Below, in pieces: positions 10,870 to 20,228 of a DNA stretch of 64,000 bases. Under the pieces are notes generated by a model that did not search any database, was not told where the DNA came from, and saw only the letters and a program-made list of their open reading frames with translations. The DNA comes from an uncultured Methanoregulaceae archaeon (GTDB lineage Archaea; Halobacteriota; Methanomicrobia; Methanomicrobiales; Methanospirillaceae). The translations under genes and the position numbers were made by a program. The stretch spans positions 1,216,001-1,280,000 of the forward strand of contig OY969564.1 in the NCBI GenBank assembly GCA_963701095.1. The letters are read 5' to 3'. Positions within the stretch are counted from its first letter, which is position 1, and every line of letters begins with the position of its first letter.

Positions 10870-11166
10870 TTAATACAATTTTCGAAACCCTTCATTTTTA
10901 TCGTCATCACATTCTATTGCAGATCCATCCCGAACCAACGCATTGAACATCAATGCAGCATTCATAAGTGTTTCATCGGCAACGCCCAGATGACGTACAT
11001 CTTCGAGAGCTTTTATCTGAGGGGACGGAGCCAAGCGTGTTCCTACTCTGACTCCCTGACAGTGCCTGCAATATGCGCAGTTGCTGTAAACAGATACGGC
11101 ACCGGTTGCGCATTCTACAGTGACCCGGTTTTTTGAGACGTCTCGTTGGAAAGATAGTGTTTTCAT
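10870..11166 (-). CDS. Small Cys-motif hypothetical protein
   Basis: Clean 98-aa ORF between cobS and tuf, with CAYCRHC and two further Cys. Confidence 0.6.
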   Translation of the reverse strand: MKTLSFQRDVSKNRVTVECATGAVSVYSNCAYCRHCQGVRVGTRLAPSPQIKALEDVRHLGVADETLMNAALMFNALVRDGSAIECDDDKNEGFRKLY

Positions 11167-11324
11167 GAAAGAGAATAATCAAACGAAGATATGAGAATAT
11201 CGAAATGAATTCTCACCTGAAAAATGTGATGGGAATCAAAATACTTTAAATAGATGCGTCTCATATATGTAATACTCGCATAGATAGACGGTATGCGGAT
11301 AAGCCCATTTTGGGAGGAAACATT

Positions 11325-12602
11325 ATGGCATCTGATAAGCCCCATTTAAATCTGGCTGTCATCGGACACATCGATCACGGAAAGTCAACCACCGTAGGTC
11401 GGATGATGTTCGAGACGGGTGCAGTACCTGCACATATTATTGAAGCCTACCGCAAGGAGGCTGAATCGAAGGGTAAGGCGACTTTCGAATTTGCTTGGGT
11501 CATGGATAACCTCAAGGAAGAGCGTGAAAGAGGTATCACGATCGATATTGCACACAAGCGGTTCGACACCCCCAAGTTTTACTTCACAGTTGTCGACTGT
11601 CCAGGACACAGAGACTTCGTGAAGAACATGATCACCGGTGCATCACAGGCAGATGCCGCAATCCTTGTCGTGGCAGCTCCAGACGGTGTTATGGAACAGA
11701 CCAAGGAACACGTATTCCTTGCACGAACCCTTGGTATTACGCAGATCATCATTGCCATCAACAAAATGGATGCAGTAAAATACGATGAAAAGCGCTATAA
11801 CGAAGTCAAGAAGGATCTTTCCGATCTTATCAAAATGGTCGGATACAAACCTGAAGAAACTCTTTTCATCCCGATCAGTTCCCTTCAAGGCGTCAACATC
11901 AAGGTAAACAGCCCGGAAACCCCGTGGTATAAGGGCCTGCCATTAATTACTGCACTTGATACCTTCAAGGAACCTTCAAAACCAACCGACAAACCACTCC
12001 GGCTACCAATTCAGGATGTGTACAGCATCAGTGGTATCGGAACCGTACCGGTCGGCCGTGTTGAAACCGGAATTATGAAGAAAGGTATGAAAGTCAGCTT
12101 TATGCCCGCGAATAAGGATGGAGAAATCAAGTCCCTCGAAATGCACCACGAGGAAATCCCGCAGGCAGTACCCGGTGACAATATCGGGTTCAACGTCCGT
12201 GGAATTGCAAAGGGCGACATCCGCCGCGGAGATGTTTGCGGTCCTGCTGATCAGCCACCGACAGTCGCCGAAGAATTTACTGCACAGGTCGTAGTTCTTC
12301 AGCACCCAAGCGCAATCACCGTCGGTTATACACCAGTCTTCCACTGCCACACAACTCAGACTGCATGCACATTTATGGAACTCAAGAAGAAACTTGACCC
12401 GCGCTCTGGTCAGACCAAGGAAGAGAATCCGACATTCTTAAAAACCGGTGATGCGGCGATTGTCGTGATCAAGCCGACAAAACCCATGGTCATTGAGAAT
12501 GTCAAGGAACTTCCGCAGCTGGGCAGGTTTGCCGTCCGTGATATGGGAGCAACGATCGCTGCCGGTATGTGCATCGCGATTCAACCGAAACAGATGAGAT
12601 AA
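11325..12602 (+). CDS. tuf: Translation elongation factor EF-1alpha
   Basis: [26 protein letters not shown] and NKMD; GGAGG before ATG 11325. Confidence 0.98.
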   Translation: MASDKPHLNLAVIGHIDHGKSTTVGRMMFETGAVPAHIIEAYRKEAESKGKATFEFAWVMDNLKEERERGITIDIAHKRFDTPKFYFTVVDCPGHRDFVKNMITGASQADAAILVVAAPDGVMEQTKEHVFLARTLGITQIIIAINKMDAVKYDEKRYNEVKKDLSDLIKMVGYKPEETLFIPISSLQGVNIKVNSPETPWYKGLPLITALDTFKEPSKPTDKPLRLPIQDVYSISGIGTVPVGRVETGIMKKGMKVSFMPANKDGEIKSLEMHHEEIPQAVPGDNIGFNVRGIAKGDIRRGDVCGPADQPPTVAEEFTAQVVVLQHPSAITVGYTPVFHCHTTQTACTFMELKKKLDPRSGQTKEENPTFLKTGDAAIVVIKPTKPMVIENVKELPQLGRFAVRDMGATIAAGMCIAIQPKQMR

Positions 12603-12619
12603 TATTTTTGGTGATCGAA

Positions 12620-12928
12620 ATGCAAAAAGCCAGAATTCGCCTGACAGGAACAGATTTCAATAAAGTAGAGACGGTCTGTGACAGGATCCGCGAGATAGCC
12701 GAACGCACAGGAGTAAATCTGGCTGGACCCATCCCGCTTCCGACAAAGAGGCTCGTTGTGCCAATCCGTAAAAGTCCTGACGGAGAAGGCACAGCAACTT
12801 TTGATCGCTGGCAGATGAGAGTGCATAAAAGACTCATTGATATTGATGCAGATGAGCGGGCACTCCGCCAGCTGATGCGAATTCAGGTGCCAAAAGATAT
12901 CGGAATTGAAATTGTATTAGAAAGTTAA
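12620..12928 (+). CDS. rpsJ: 30S ribosomal protein S10
   Basis: KARIRL, GPIPLPT and HKRLIDI; follows tuf. Confidence 0.97.
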   Translation: MQKARIRLTGTDFNKVETVCDRIREIAERTGVNLAGPIPLPTKRLVVPIRKSPDGEGTATFDRWQMRVHKRLIDIDADERALRQLMRIQVPKDIGIEIVLES

Positions 12929-12939
12929 AGGTGCGGCCC

Positions 12940-14571
12940 ATGGAAAAAGCCGCTTTTTTTTCCAGCAAACTAAAACAAATTTTCACTTTTGAAAGAGTAT
13001 TTCTTTTAATTTTCCTGCTTGCTATTATTCTGCGATTCTGGCATCCGGATCTTAAATTATTCCATCATGACGAAGCCATACATTCATGGTTTTCTTTTAA
13101 CCTTCTGACAAAAGGATCATGGATTTACGATCCCAGTTATCATGGCCCCTTCCTCTACTACGTCACTGCCGGGATGTTTTCGCTCTTTGGTGCCTCCGAT
13201 CTTGTTGCGAGGTTACTTCCGGCATTATTCGGCACGTTACTCGTACCTCTGGTTTATTTTATATACCGGCTTGGGTACATCACAAGGGCACAGACCCTGA
13301 TCATTGCCCTTTTCCTCACAATTTCCCCGGATATGGTATATTTCTCCCGTTTTCTTCGTCATGATATCTTTATGCTTTTTTTCACGATGCTTCTTCTAGT
13401 GGCTCTGCTTTATTATTTTGAAAGGGGGCAATTACGATACGCAATTATTGCGGCTATTGCAGCAGGGGGAGCATTGTGCTGTAAGGAAGAGATGCCGTTT
13501 ATATTGTTGATTTTTATTACTTTTTTTGGGTACGCAATATGGAAAAAACGCATCAATCTACCCCCACAATGGAAAAATGACCTTATTATAGGATTATTAA
13601 TAATATTCGGCATTCTTGTTGCCCTGTATTCAGCATTCGGAATGCATCCGGAAACCCTTGTGGGACAAAATTTCCAGATAAATTCGACAGGATGGTATCA
13701 GGCAGTTGATCACTGGGTATCTATGTCTAATGAACAGAGACTTGGCGGTCCGTTTTATTTCTATATTCCCTTGTACCTGTTGTATGAAGTTCCGATCTTC
13801 CTTCTTGCAATACTTGGAACATTGCAATTTATGTTCGAAGATTTCAACCTGATCCTGGCCGGGAAACGTCTGAAAAACTGGCTGTTTAAACGTCGTTTCG
13901 AACTTTCAATCAACGATCTGGCTCTGACAAGTCAGGCCCAACTCAGAAATCCTAAAATTATCAATCATAAGTCGGATCTCTTCTTCCACTTTGTATTTAC
14001 TGGATGATCCTGACCATGGCATTTTATGCATATGTCGGTGAAAAAGTGCCATGGCTCATCATACACCAGCTGCTCCCGATGTCTTTTGTAGCCGTCTACA
14101 AACTAAACTGGCAGAAAGCTGCTTTTGCCCTGATAGGTTGCCTGTTTTTGATACTGATAACCTGGCACGTCGCTTTTATTCCTGCAGACATCAATGAGCC
14201 CATTGTTCAGGTCCAGAATTCAGAGGACCTCCGGCAAGTCATGAGCATAATGGATAATTCGAGTCAAGTTGTTCTGGCATCAGAAGATTACTGGCCATTA
14301 CCCTGGTATTACCGGGGTGATCGATGGGATAAGATCACATTCTACGGCCAAAAACAGGAAATTGACCTTCTCACAAAGAATAGTCCGGGCGTCATCATCC
14401 TCCATGATACGGAGAGTTATAACACAATACCGGGCTATAATAAAACGACCTATAAACTGGATTACTGGTTCTCGGTACTATGACAACCAGAACAGGCTGT
14501 TAGATTATTATTTCCACCGGGATGGAACAATGGGAAGTATTAATCTCGATGTTTTCACGAAGCAGTATTAA
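12940..14571 (+). CDS. GT-C fold membrane protein (TIGR03663/Agl23-like); frameshifts near 13990 and 14478
   Basis: FHHDEAIH, YDPSYHGP, YFSRFLRHD, KEE and GEKVPWL; three consecutive ORF pieces join with single-base corrections. Confidence 0.75.
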
Positions 14572-14795
14572 CATTTTTTATTCTGTTAAAAACCGGTTTC
14601 AATAAGAGAGATACTTTAATCGGTTCAACATTATCCAAAACAACCGAGCGCCAATGCATTTCACCACAACCTTTTTCGGGGGAGGAATCATCTGACAATA
14701 GCTAATTGCAGGAAAATAGTAAATCTGTTTGATTCAGATTTAATTTCACGTTATTTTTCCCCGACAGAATTTTGCGAAGGAAAAAATGGATTTCC

Positions 14796-15941
14796 TCATC
14801 CCAGCTCATCCCATCGGGAACGTTTGCGGTAAATTATAATACCAACAACAATTAGCACAACGGCAACGACACCAACGCCAATCAACAGAACACTGGAACT
14901 GAAGATCGAGCCAATATCCCCAAGGGCCCCAAAGGGATTCCATGTGGTTGTGACCTGGATATAGAACGCCTCTGCATCGTTATAGGATTGATTTCCTTCG
15001 GTATATGCCTGTTCGGCTTTTGAACGTGCCGAGGCAAAGTTGCCGCTGGTAACGAAATCATTTGCTGCTGATATATAACTCACGGCAATTTCCCGTTCAT
15101 TTATAATCGTTGATAATTTGGGATCGTTTGCGGTACTTTGGTTACCTTGGAAAAATGCAATTAACGTATCCACATTGTTTACTGGTCCTTGAGCAGTCGA
15201 GATCTCCGCTTCTGCCCAGGATTTGTCAAGGAGAGACTCTCCATTAGAAATATCTGATGTCGCGGTGGTGATATCGTTTAATGCGGTGGTATATTGAGTT
15301 GCAGGTAGAGCCTGAGCCTGGGTGATCTGGCTTTGGGCTGCATTATATTGGGCTTCGGCTGCTGAAGTATCAACCCCGAGTGCTGTTTTTTCGTCAATAT
15401 CGGTTTTTAGCTGGCTAAGCTGGGCATTTGCATTGGCAATTGCAGTAGACACATCAGCGGGATTAACCACCATTGCAGTCGCAATATAGGGAGTCCCAAT
15501 CTGATTGCCATTTGTATCTTCTTCATAAATCTGGACTAATGTCTGGTTCGAAGTCTGCGTTACGGTAGGTGTAGTACCTGCCAGTGTAACACCTACTGAA
15601 ACGTCATCACTCGACTTGTATGTCAGTAAAAAACTGCTTATATCAAGAGTTTCCTGTGCGCTTTGAGTGGGTGCTGTCGGGTTTCCGTTTACATAAATAA
15701 TGTACGACCATTGAGGGGAAGTAAGTGCAGTTGACATTACCAGATCGTTTAATGTCGATGACCCGCTGGGCTCCTGGACCGTAAAAGAAAGATCTACGGT
15801 TGTTCCTGGAGTTAATGCCCCGCTGCTGGGGTTTATTGTCATGGAGTTCACTGAAAATGCATATGAAACTGCTGGCACAAGAATTGCTAACAGGGCCAAA
15901 ATTAAAATTAACCGTTTTAATCCCATCATCATTAACCTCAT
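14796..15941 (-). CDS. Exported single-pass membrane protein (beta-rich N-domain, helical stalk, C-terminal TM helix, short RKRSRWDELG tail)
   Basis: Signal peptide, S/T-rich domain, Ala/Gln-rich helices, TM anchor; overlaps the cetZ stop (true start could be a Met near 15926-15932). Confidence 0.7.
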   Translation of the reverse strand: MRLMMMGLKRLILILALLAILVPAVSYAFSVNSMTINPSSGALTPGTTVDLSFTVQEPSGSSTLNDLVMSTALTSPQWSYIIYVNGNPTAPTQSAQETLDISSFLLTYKSSDDVSVGVTLAGTTPTVTQTSNQTLVQIYEEDTNGNQIGTPYIATAMVVNPADVSTAIANANAQLSQLKTDIDEKTALGVDTSAAEAQYNAAQSQITQAQALPATQYTTALNDITTATSDISNGESLLDKSWAEAEISTAQGPVNNVDTLIAFFQGNQSTANDPKLSTIINEREIAVSYISAANDFVTSGNFASARSKAEQAYTEGNQSYNDAEAFYIQVTTTWNPFGALGDIGSIFSSSVLLIGVGVVAVVLIVVGIIIYRKRSRWDELG

Positions 15942-17128
15942 TCGAACAACGGTTCGATACCTTCTTCAAACATATTCGATTTCTTCTCCTTGGATTTTAT
16001 AACCTCTTCTTTTGTTTCCTTTGCAATATCAAGAAGTTCTTTTATACGGGGGGCGTTGCCTACAGTCGCGAGCATAACGACTGCTGCGACATATTCACTG
16101 TTTACCGGATAATCCCCTCCCCTCACTTCAACGCCAGCTATATTCTCTTCGACCCAGCTTTTGGCTTTTTCCACACCCTTCCGATCCATCTCATCCGGGG
16201 GTCCGGCGATTAGAACCAGTGCCCGTTCAGCCGTTGAATAATCACAGGGAAGCGTAAGGCGGCCAAGCATCGCACGCCGTACAAGACCGACTATTTTTGC
16301 CGAGCGGTCCTCACCCATGAGTACCTGTTCATTTGCCTCTTTCTTCCCACCGAAGGTATCCTTGATATTCTCCCGGATGCCCCCGAATATCCCCCGCTGA
16401 TGTTTGGTATGGGAACTGATAACGTCGCTGACAGCGTAACCTACAGAGGTGATACCGCCTCCGCGGAGAGTGTTGATAATCTCACTTGAGTCAACAACCA
16501 TCTCACCAACACCCGCTTTACCCACTTCACCTGCGCGAAAAAGAATGGCAAATCTCCGCACGACCTCATTATTGAGCCTGTGGAAAGCACTTTTTACACT
16601 TTCCCCTTCATTCTTCCACGCACTGTTATCAAAAATGAAGGTATTGTCTGCTTCGTTCACCAACGTTGTCAAACTGCGTGCGGCATTATAGGAATAAAGC
16701 CTCCCCTCTTCCGGTGCTGGAATAATACCCAGTGCATAGACCGGCTCCCGGTAGATTCGCTTGAGATGGCGTGCCAAGACCGGAGAGCCGCCGGAACCGG
16801 TTCCTCCACCCAATCCCGCTACGATAACAAAAGCATCAATGTCGTGTGTTCCCCGGGAATCTACAGCATTAATGATACTGTCGATCTCATCAGCGGTAAC
16901 TCTCGCCCCGGTCACGTTATCCGTTCCTACCCCGTGACCCTTCACCAGTGTCTGGCCGATGAGAATTCGATCTTTCAATTCAATGTGTTTGAGACCCATC
17001 AGATCGGTCCTAGCGGTATTGACGGCAATACCACGGAAACTGTTGGTTCCGAGCTTCTTGTCCTGTTCAATGAACATGTCGACAATTTTGCCCCCGGCCT
17101 GACCAAAACCAATGAAAAATACCCGCAT
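15938..17128 (-). CDS. cetZ: Tubulin/FtsZ-family CetZ protein
   Basis: IGFGQAGGKI, GHGVG, GLGGGTGSGG, FDN and EMVVDSSEIINTL; lacks the FtsZ N-terminal extension. Confidence 0.9.
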   Translation of the reverse strand: MRVFFIGFGQAGGKIVDMFIEQDKKLGTNSFRGIAVNTARTDLMGLKHIELKDRILIGQTLVKGHGVGTDNVTGARVTADEIDSIINAVDSRGTHDIDAFVIVAGLGGGTGSGGSPVLARHLKRIYREPVYALGIIPAPEEGRLYSYNAARSLTTLVNEADNTFIFDNSAWKNEGESVKSAFHRLNNEVVRRFAILFRAGEVGKAGVGEMVVDSSEIINTLRGGGITSVGYAVSDVISSHTKHQRGIFGGIRENIKDTFGGKKEANEQVLMGEDRSAKIVGLVRRAMLGRLTLPCDYSTAERALVLIAGPPDEMDRKGVEKAKSWVEENIAGVEVRGGDYPVNSEYVAAVVMLATVGNAPRIKELLDIAKETKEEVIKSKEKKSNMFEEGIEPLFE

Positions 17129-17321
17129 CTGGTTACACCATCCAATGGGCTGACGGATAGATATTCTCTTTTAATTCTTTTAAGTTCTTTGTTTTAAGAA
17201 CTTTAATTTCTGCAATACAAAAACTTTCTTACAAAATACCGTCACATTTCGTCGCATCTTTTCTTGACAGTTACAAAGCCTTTTTCATTGTATGCCTGAC
17301 AAATAATATTAGTAACACACC

Positions 17322-18548
17322 ATGAAAATAGGGATACTCGGGGGAGGCATGTGCGGGCTCGTCGCCGCCAATGCCTTAGCCGGAGAGCATGATGTGGTAA
17401 TGTTCGAGAAAATGCCCTTCTTAGGAGGGTGCCTTGCATCGTATCACATCGATGATTATTGGATCGAACGATATTACCATCATTGCTTCTCTGGCGATGA
17501 ACAACTTTTTACCCTTATCCGGGAACTCGGGTTATGGGATAAACTTGAGTGGAGAGAAGGTAGCACCGGCTACTTTTCCGGCGGTACACTTTATCCGCTT
17601 ACAACACCACTGCAGATCCTGCGGTGGCCGGAACTATCGTTCATCGATAAAGTAAAACTTGTCTCGCTGACGTTTCGCGCCAAAAAGACGGATCTTCTTT
17701 CTTTGGATGACATCCCGGCCGAAACATATATTCTTGAACACCTCGGTCCTCGCATATATTCTTCATTCTTTGAACCCCTGCTAAGAAGCAAATTCGGAAA
17801 AAACCGGAGCAAAGTATCAGCGGCGTGGCTTATCAGCCGCATCGCCATCAGATCAAACAGAGGCGTTTCCGGAGAACACTTGGGGTACCTAAACGGTGGT
17901 TTTCACCAGATTATTGACAAACTTGAAAAATCAATAATTAACAAAGGAGGCATTATTCATCAGCAGACGCCGGTCACCTCACTTTCAAGAAATGACGCCC
18001 ATTGGGAGATCAACGGTGAAAGAGTGGATGTTGTTTTATCCACGATTCCACCGACAGAGCTCGCTACTTTAGCAGGAATTACAATGCCCGATATCCCTTA
18101 CCAAGGAGCAGCCTGCATGACCATGGGGATTGAACGCGACGTCTGCAAAGGTGTTTATTGGATCAATATGAAAGATGAAGGGCCGTACGGTGCGGTTGTG
18201 GCACATACAAATTTCGTCCCAAAAGAACGATATGGGGAACATATTGTCTATTTAGCTTCGTACTTCAGTGGTTCTGTCCCTGTAAGGCTTGACCAGAAAA
18301 TGAGAGATGATTTCTGTTCGCGCTTCAGTCTGCAGGAAAAGGATATTCATTGGAGCAGGATGGCTATCGACCCTTGGGCAGGTCCTATTTACACAACCGG
18401 ATATCGTTCTCTCATCCCCGCTTATGAAAAACATGGTATTTATCTGGCCGGCATGTTTTCTGAAGAAAATTACCCTGAAAGGAGTATGGAGGGATCAATC
18501 AGGGCAGGTACCCACATCGCTCAACGCATCCGGGAGAAAGTACATTGA
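17322..18548 (+). CDS. FAD-dependent oxidoreductase (amine oxidase/HemY-like)
   Basis: GGGMCG Rossmann motif, LGG, ERYYHH and YPERSMEGS; first gene of a glycosylation-type operon. Confidence 0.8.
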   Translation: MKIGILGGGMCGLVAANALAGEHDVVMFEKMPFLGGCLASYHIDDYWIERYYHHCFSGDEQLFTLIRELGLWDKLEWREGSTGYFSGGTLYPLTTPLQILRWPELSFIDKVKLVSLTFRAKKTDLLSLDDIPAETYILEHLGPRIYSSFFEPLLRSKFGKNRSKVSAAWLISRIAIRSNRGVSGEHLGYLNGGFHQIIDKLEKSIINKGGIIHQQTPVTSLSRNDAHWEINGERVDVVLSTIPPTELATLAGITMPDIPYQGAACMTMGIERDVCKGVYWINMKDEGPYGAVVAHTNFVPKERYGEHIVYLASYFSGSVPVRLDQKMRDDFCSRFSLQEKDIHWSRMAIDPWAGPIYTTGYRSLIPAYEKHGIYLAGMFSEENYPERSMEGSIRAGTHIAQRIREKVH

Positions 18549-19264
18549 TGGCAAAACCCGAAGTGACTGCGATTATTCCGGTATTTAATGACCGGCCCGC
18601 ACTCGAACACGCAATTCCCGAATCTCTCAAAGCGCTTGCCGCGATTACAGAAAATTTCGAGATCATAATCGCTGAAGATGGAAGTACAGACGGGAGTGCA
18701 GAGTTCGTCCAGGCGTGCGAACTACAATCAGACCGGGTGAAGTTATTGCATTGCAATACACGTCAGGGTCGGGGAAAGGCCCTCAACAGGGCAATAAGAA
18801 AAGCACAGGGCTCAATTGTCTGCTACTATGATGTTGATCTGGCAACAGATATGCAGCACCTCCACCACCTTATAGATGCAATCCGGCAGGGAGGGGATAT
18901 TTCCACGGGATCACGCCTCCTCCCGATGAGCGACATCCAGCGGACCGAAAGCAGGGAAATTGCAAGCCGCTCCTACAATTTTCTTGTAAGGTTTATCCTT
19001 AGAAGCAGAATCTTCGATCACCAATGCGGGTTCAAGGCTTTTAACAAGGAAAAAATACTTCCTGTCCTTCCCAGTATCCGGTCAAATCACTGGTTCTGGG
19101 ACACTGAATTGCTTGTCAGGGCACAAAGAAAAGGATACAGGGTCACAGAATTTCCTGTCAGGTGGCGGGCAGGTAAAGGAACAACAGTCAGGGTAGAGGA
19201 TGTATTTGAGATGGGATCCTCTATCCTACGTCTCTGGTGGCAGATCCATGTATCGAAAAATTAG
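18548..19264 (+). CDS. GT2 polyprenol-phosphate glycosyltransferase (AglD-like)
   Basis: IIPVFN, EDGSTDG, DVD, DHQCGFKAF and WFWDTE motifs. Confidence 0.85.
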   Translation: MAKPEVTAIIPVFNDRPALEHAIPESLKALAAITENFEIIIAEDGSTDGSAEFVQACELQSDRVKLLHCNTRQGRGKALNRAIRKAQGSIVCYYDVDLATDMQHLHHLIDAIRQGGDISTGSRLLPMSDIQRTESREIASRSYNFLVRFILRSRIFDHQCGFKAFNKEKILPVLPSIRSNHWFWDTELLVRAQRKGYRVTEFPVRWRAGKGTTVRVEDVFEMGSSILRLWWQIHVSKN

Positions 19265-20228
19265 TGCAATCCTTATCCCGAGCCTGATCGCTATCGGAAT
19301 CATTGTTTATATGCTCTATCGTGTATGGGGCGATCTCCTTACTGCACTTCAGCACATTGTTCCCGTTTATCTGGGAGCGGCAATTATTATCTGCCTTTCC
19401 GCATGGTGGTTAAGGGGGTGGCGATACCACCGGATCCTTCTTGGCCTTAATTACCAGATCGGTGTTATCTTCTCGACGGCATGCGTTTTTGTAAGCCAGA
19501 CGGTCAACCTCATTGTCCCTGCAAGGCTTGGAGATTTTGTGAGGATCTTCATCCTGAAGCACGATTATAAAACAACATACTCCGAAGGAATATCTTCGAT
19601 TGTCGTGGAGCGAATCTTTGATATTATCGCTATTGCCCTACTGGGAGCTGCATCCCTCTTTTTTATCCCGAACCTTCCCGGATGGATCAATGTTTACATC
19701 TTCATAATGATTGCAATCCTGGCGGTATCATTTGCGTTCTTCATCCTCCTCATATTTGTAGGAAAACTGACGACGACCAACAAGTATGTCAAATTCATCC
19801 TGACAATGCTTGAGGAAATCAGAAGGGCTTCGTTATCATTTCGCGCGATTCTTATTCTTGGAGCATCATCCATTGTGATCTGGATGCTTGATACCCTTGT
19901 CTGCTATTCTGTAGCTACGATGTTTGAACAACAGATTCCTTTTGCAGTAATTATTCTAGCAATTGTACTCGGGAACCTTGTAAAAGCTGTACCAATTACC
20001 CCGGGAGGTATCGGGACCTACGAACTCGTTGTATCGGCGACATTTGCTATTACGGGTGTTGCACCAGCAGTGGCCTTTCTGATAGCGGTTATCGATGATC
20101 TCATCAAAAACCTGGTCACCCTGGCCGGAGGTATAGTTTCGATTTACTATCTTGGTGATTGGGTTATTCCCACTATTAAGTCGGCCCTCTCTTCAAAACT
20201 GGACGGAGGGAAAAATCCTGACTCCTGA
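19248..20228 (+). CDS. Flippase-like lysylphosphatidylglycerol-synthase TM family protein
   Basis: PARLGDFVR, ERIFD and PITPGGIGTYE; multi-TM. Confidence 0.85.
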   Translation: MYRKISAILIPSLIAIGIIVYMLYRVWGDLLTALQHIVPVYLGAAIIICLSAWWLRGWRYHRILLGLNYQIGVIFSTACVFVSQTVNLIVPARLGDFVRIFILKHDYKTTYSEGISSIVVERIFDIIAIALLGAASLFFIPNLPGWINVYIFIMIAILAVSFAFFILLIFVGKLTTTNKYVKFILTMLEEIRRASLSFRAILILGASSIVIWMLDTLVCYSVATMFEQQIPFAVIILAIVLGNLVKAVPITPGGIGTYELVVSATFAITGVAPAVAFLIAVIDDLIKNLVTLAGGIVSIYYLGDWVIPTIKSALSSKLDGGKNPDS

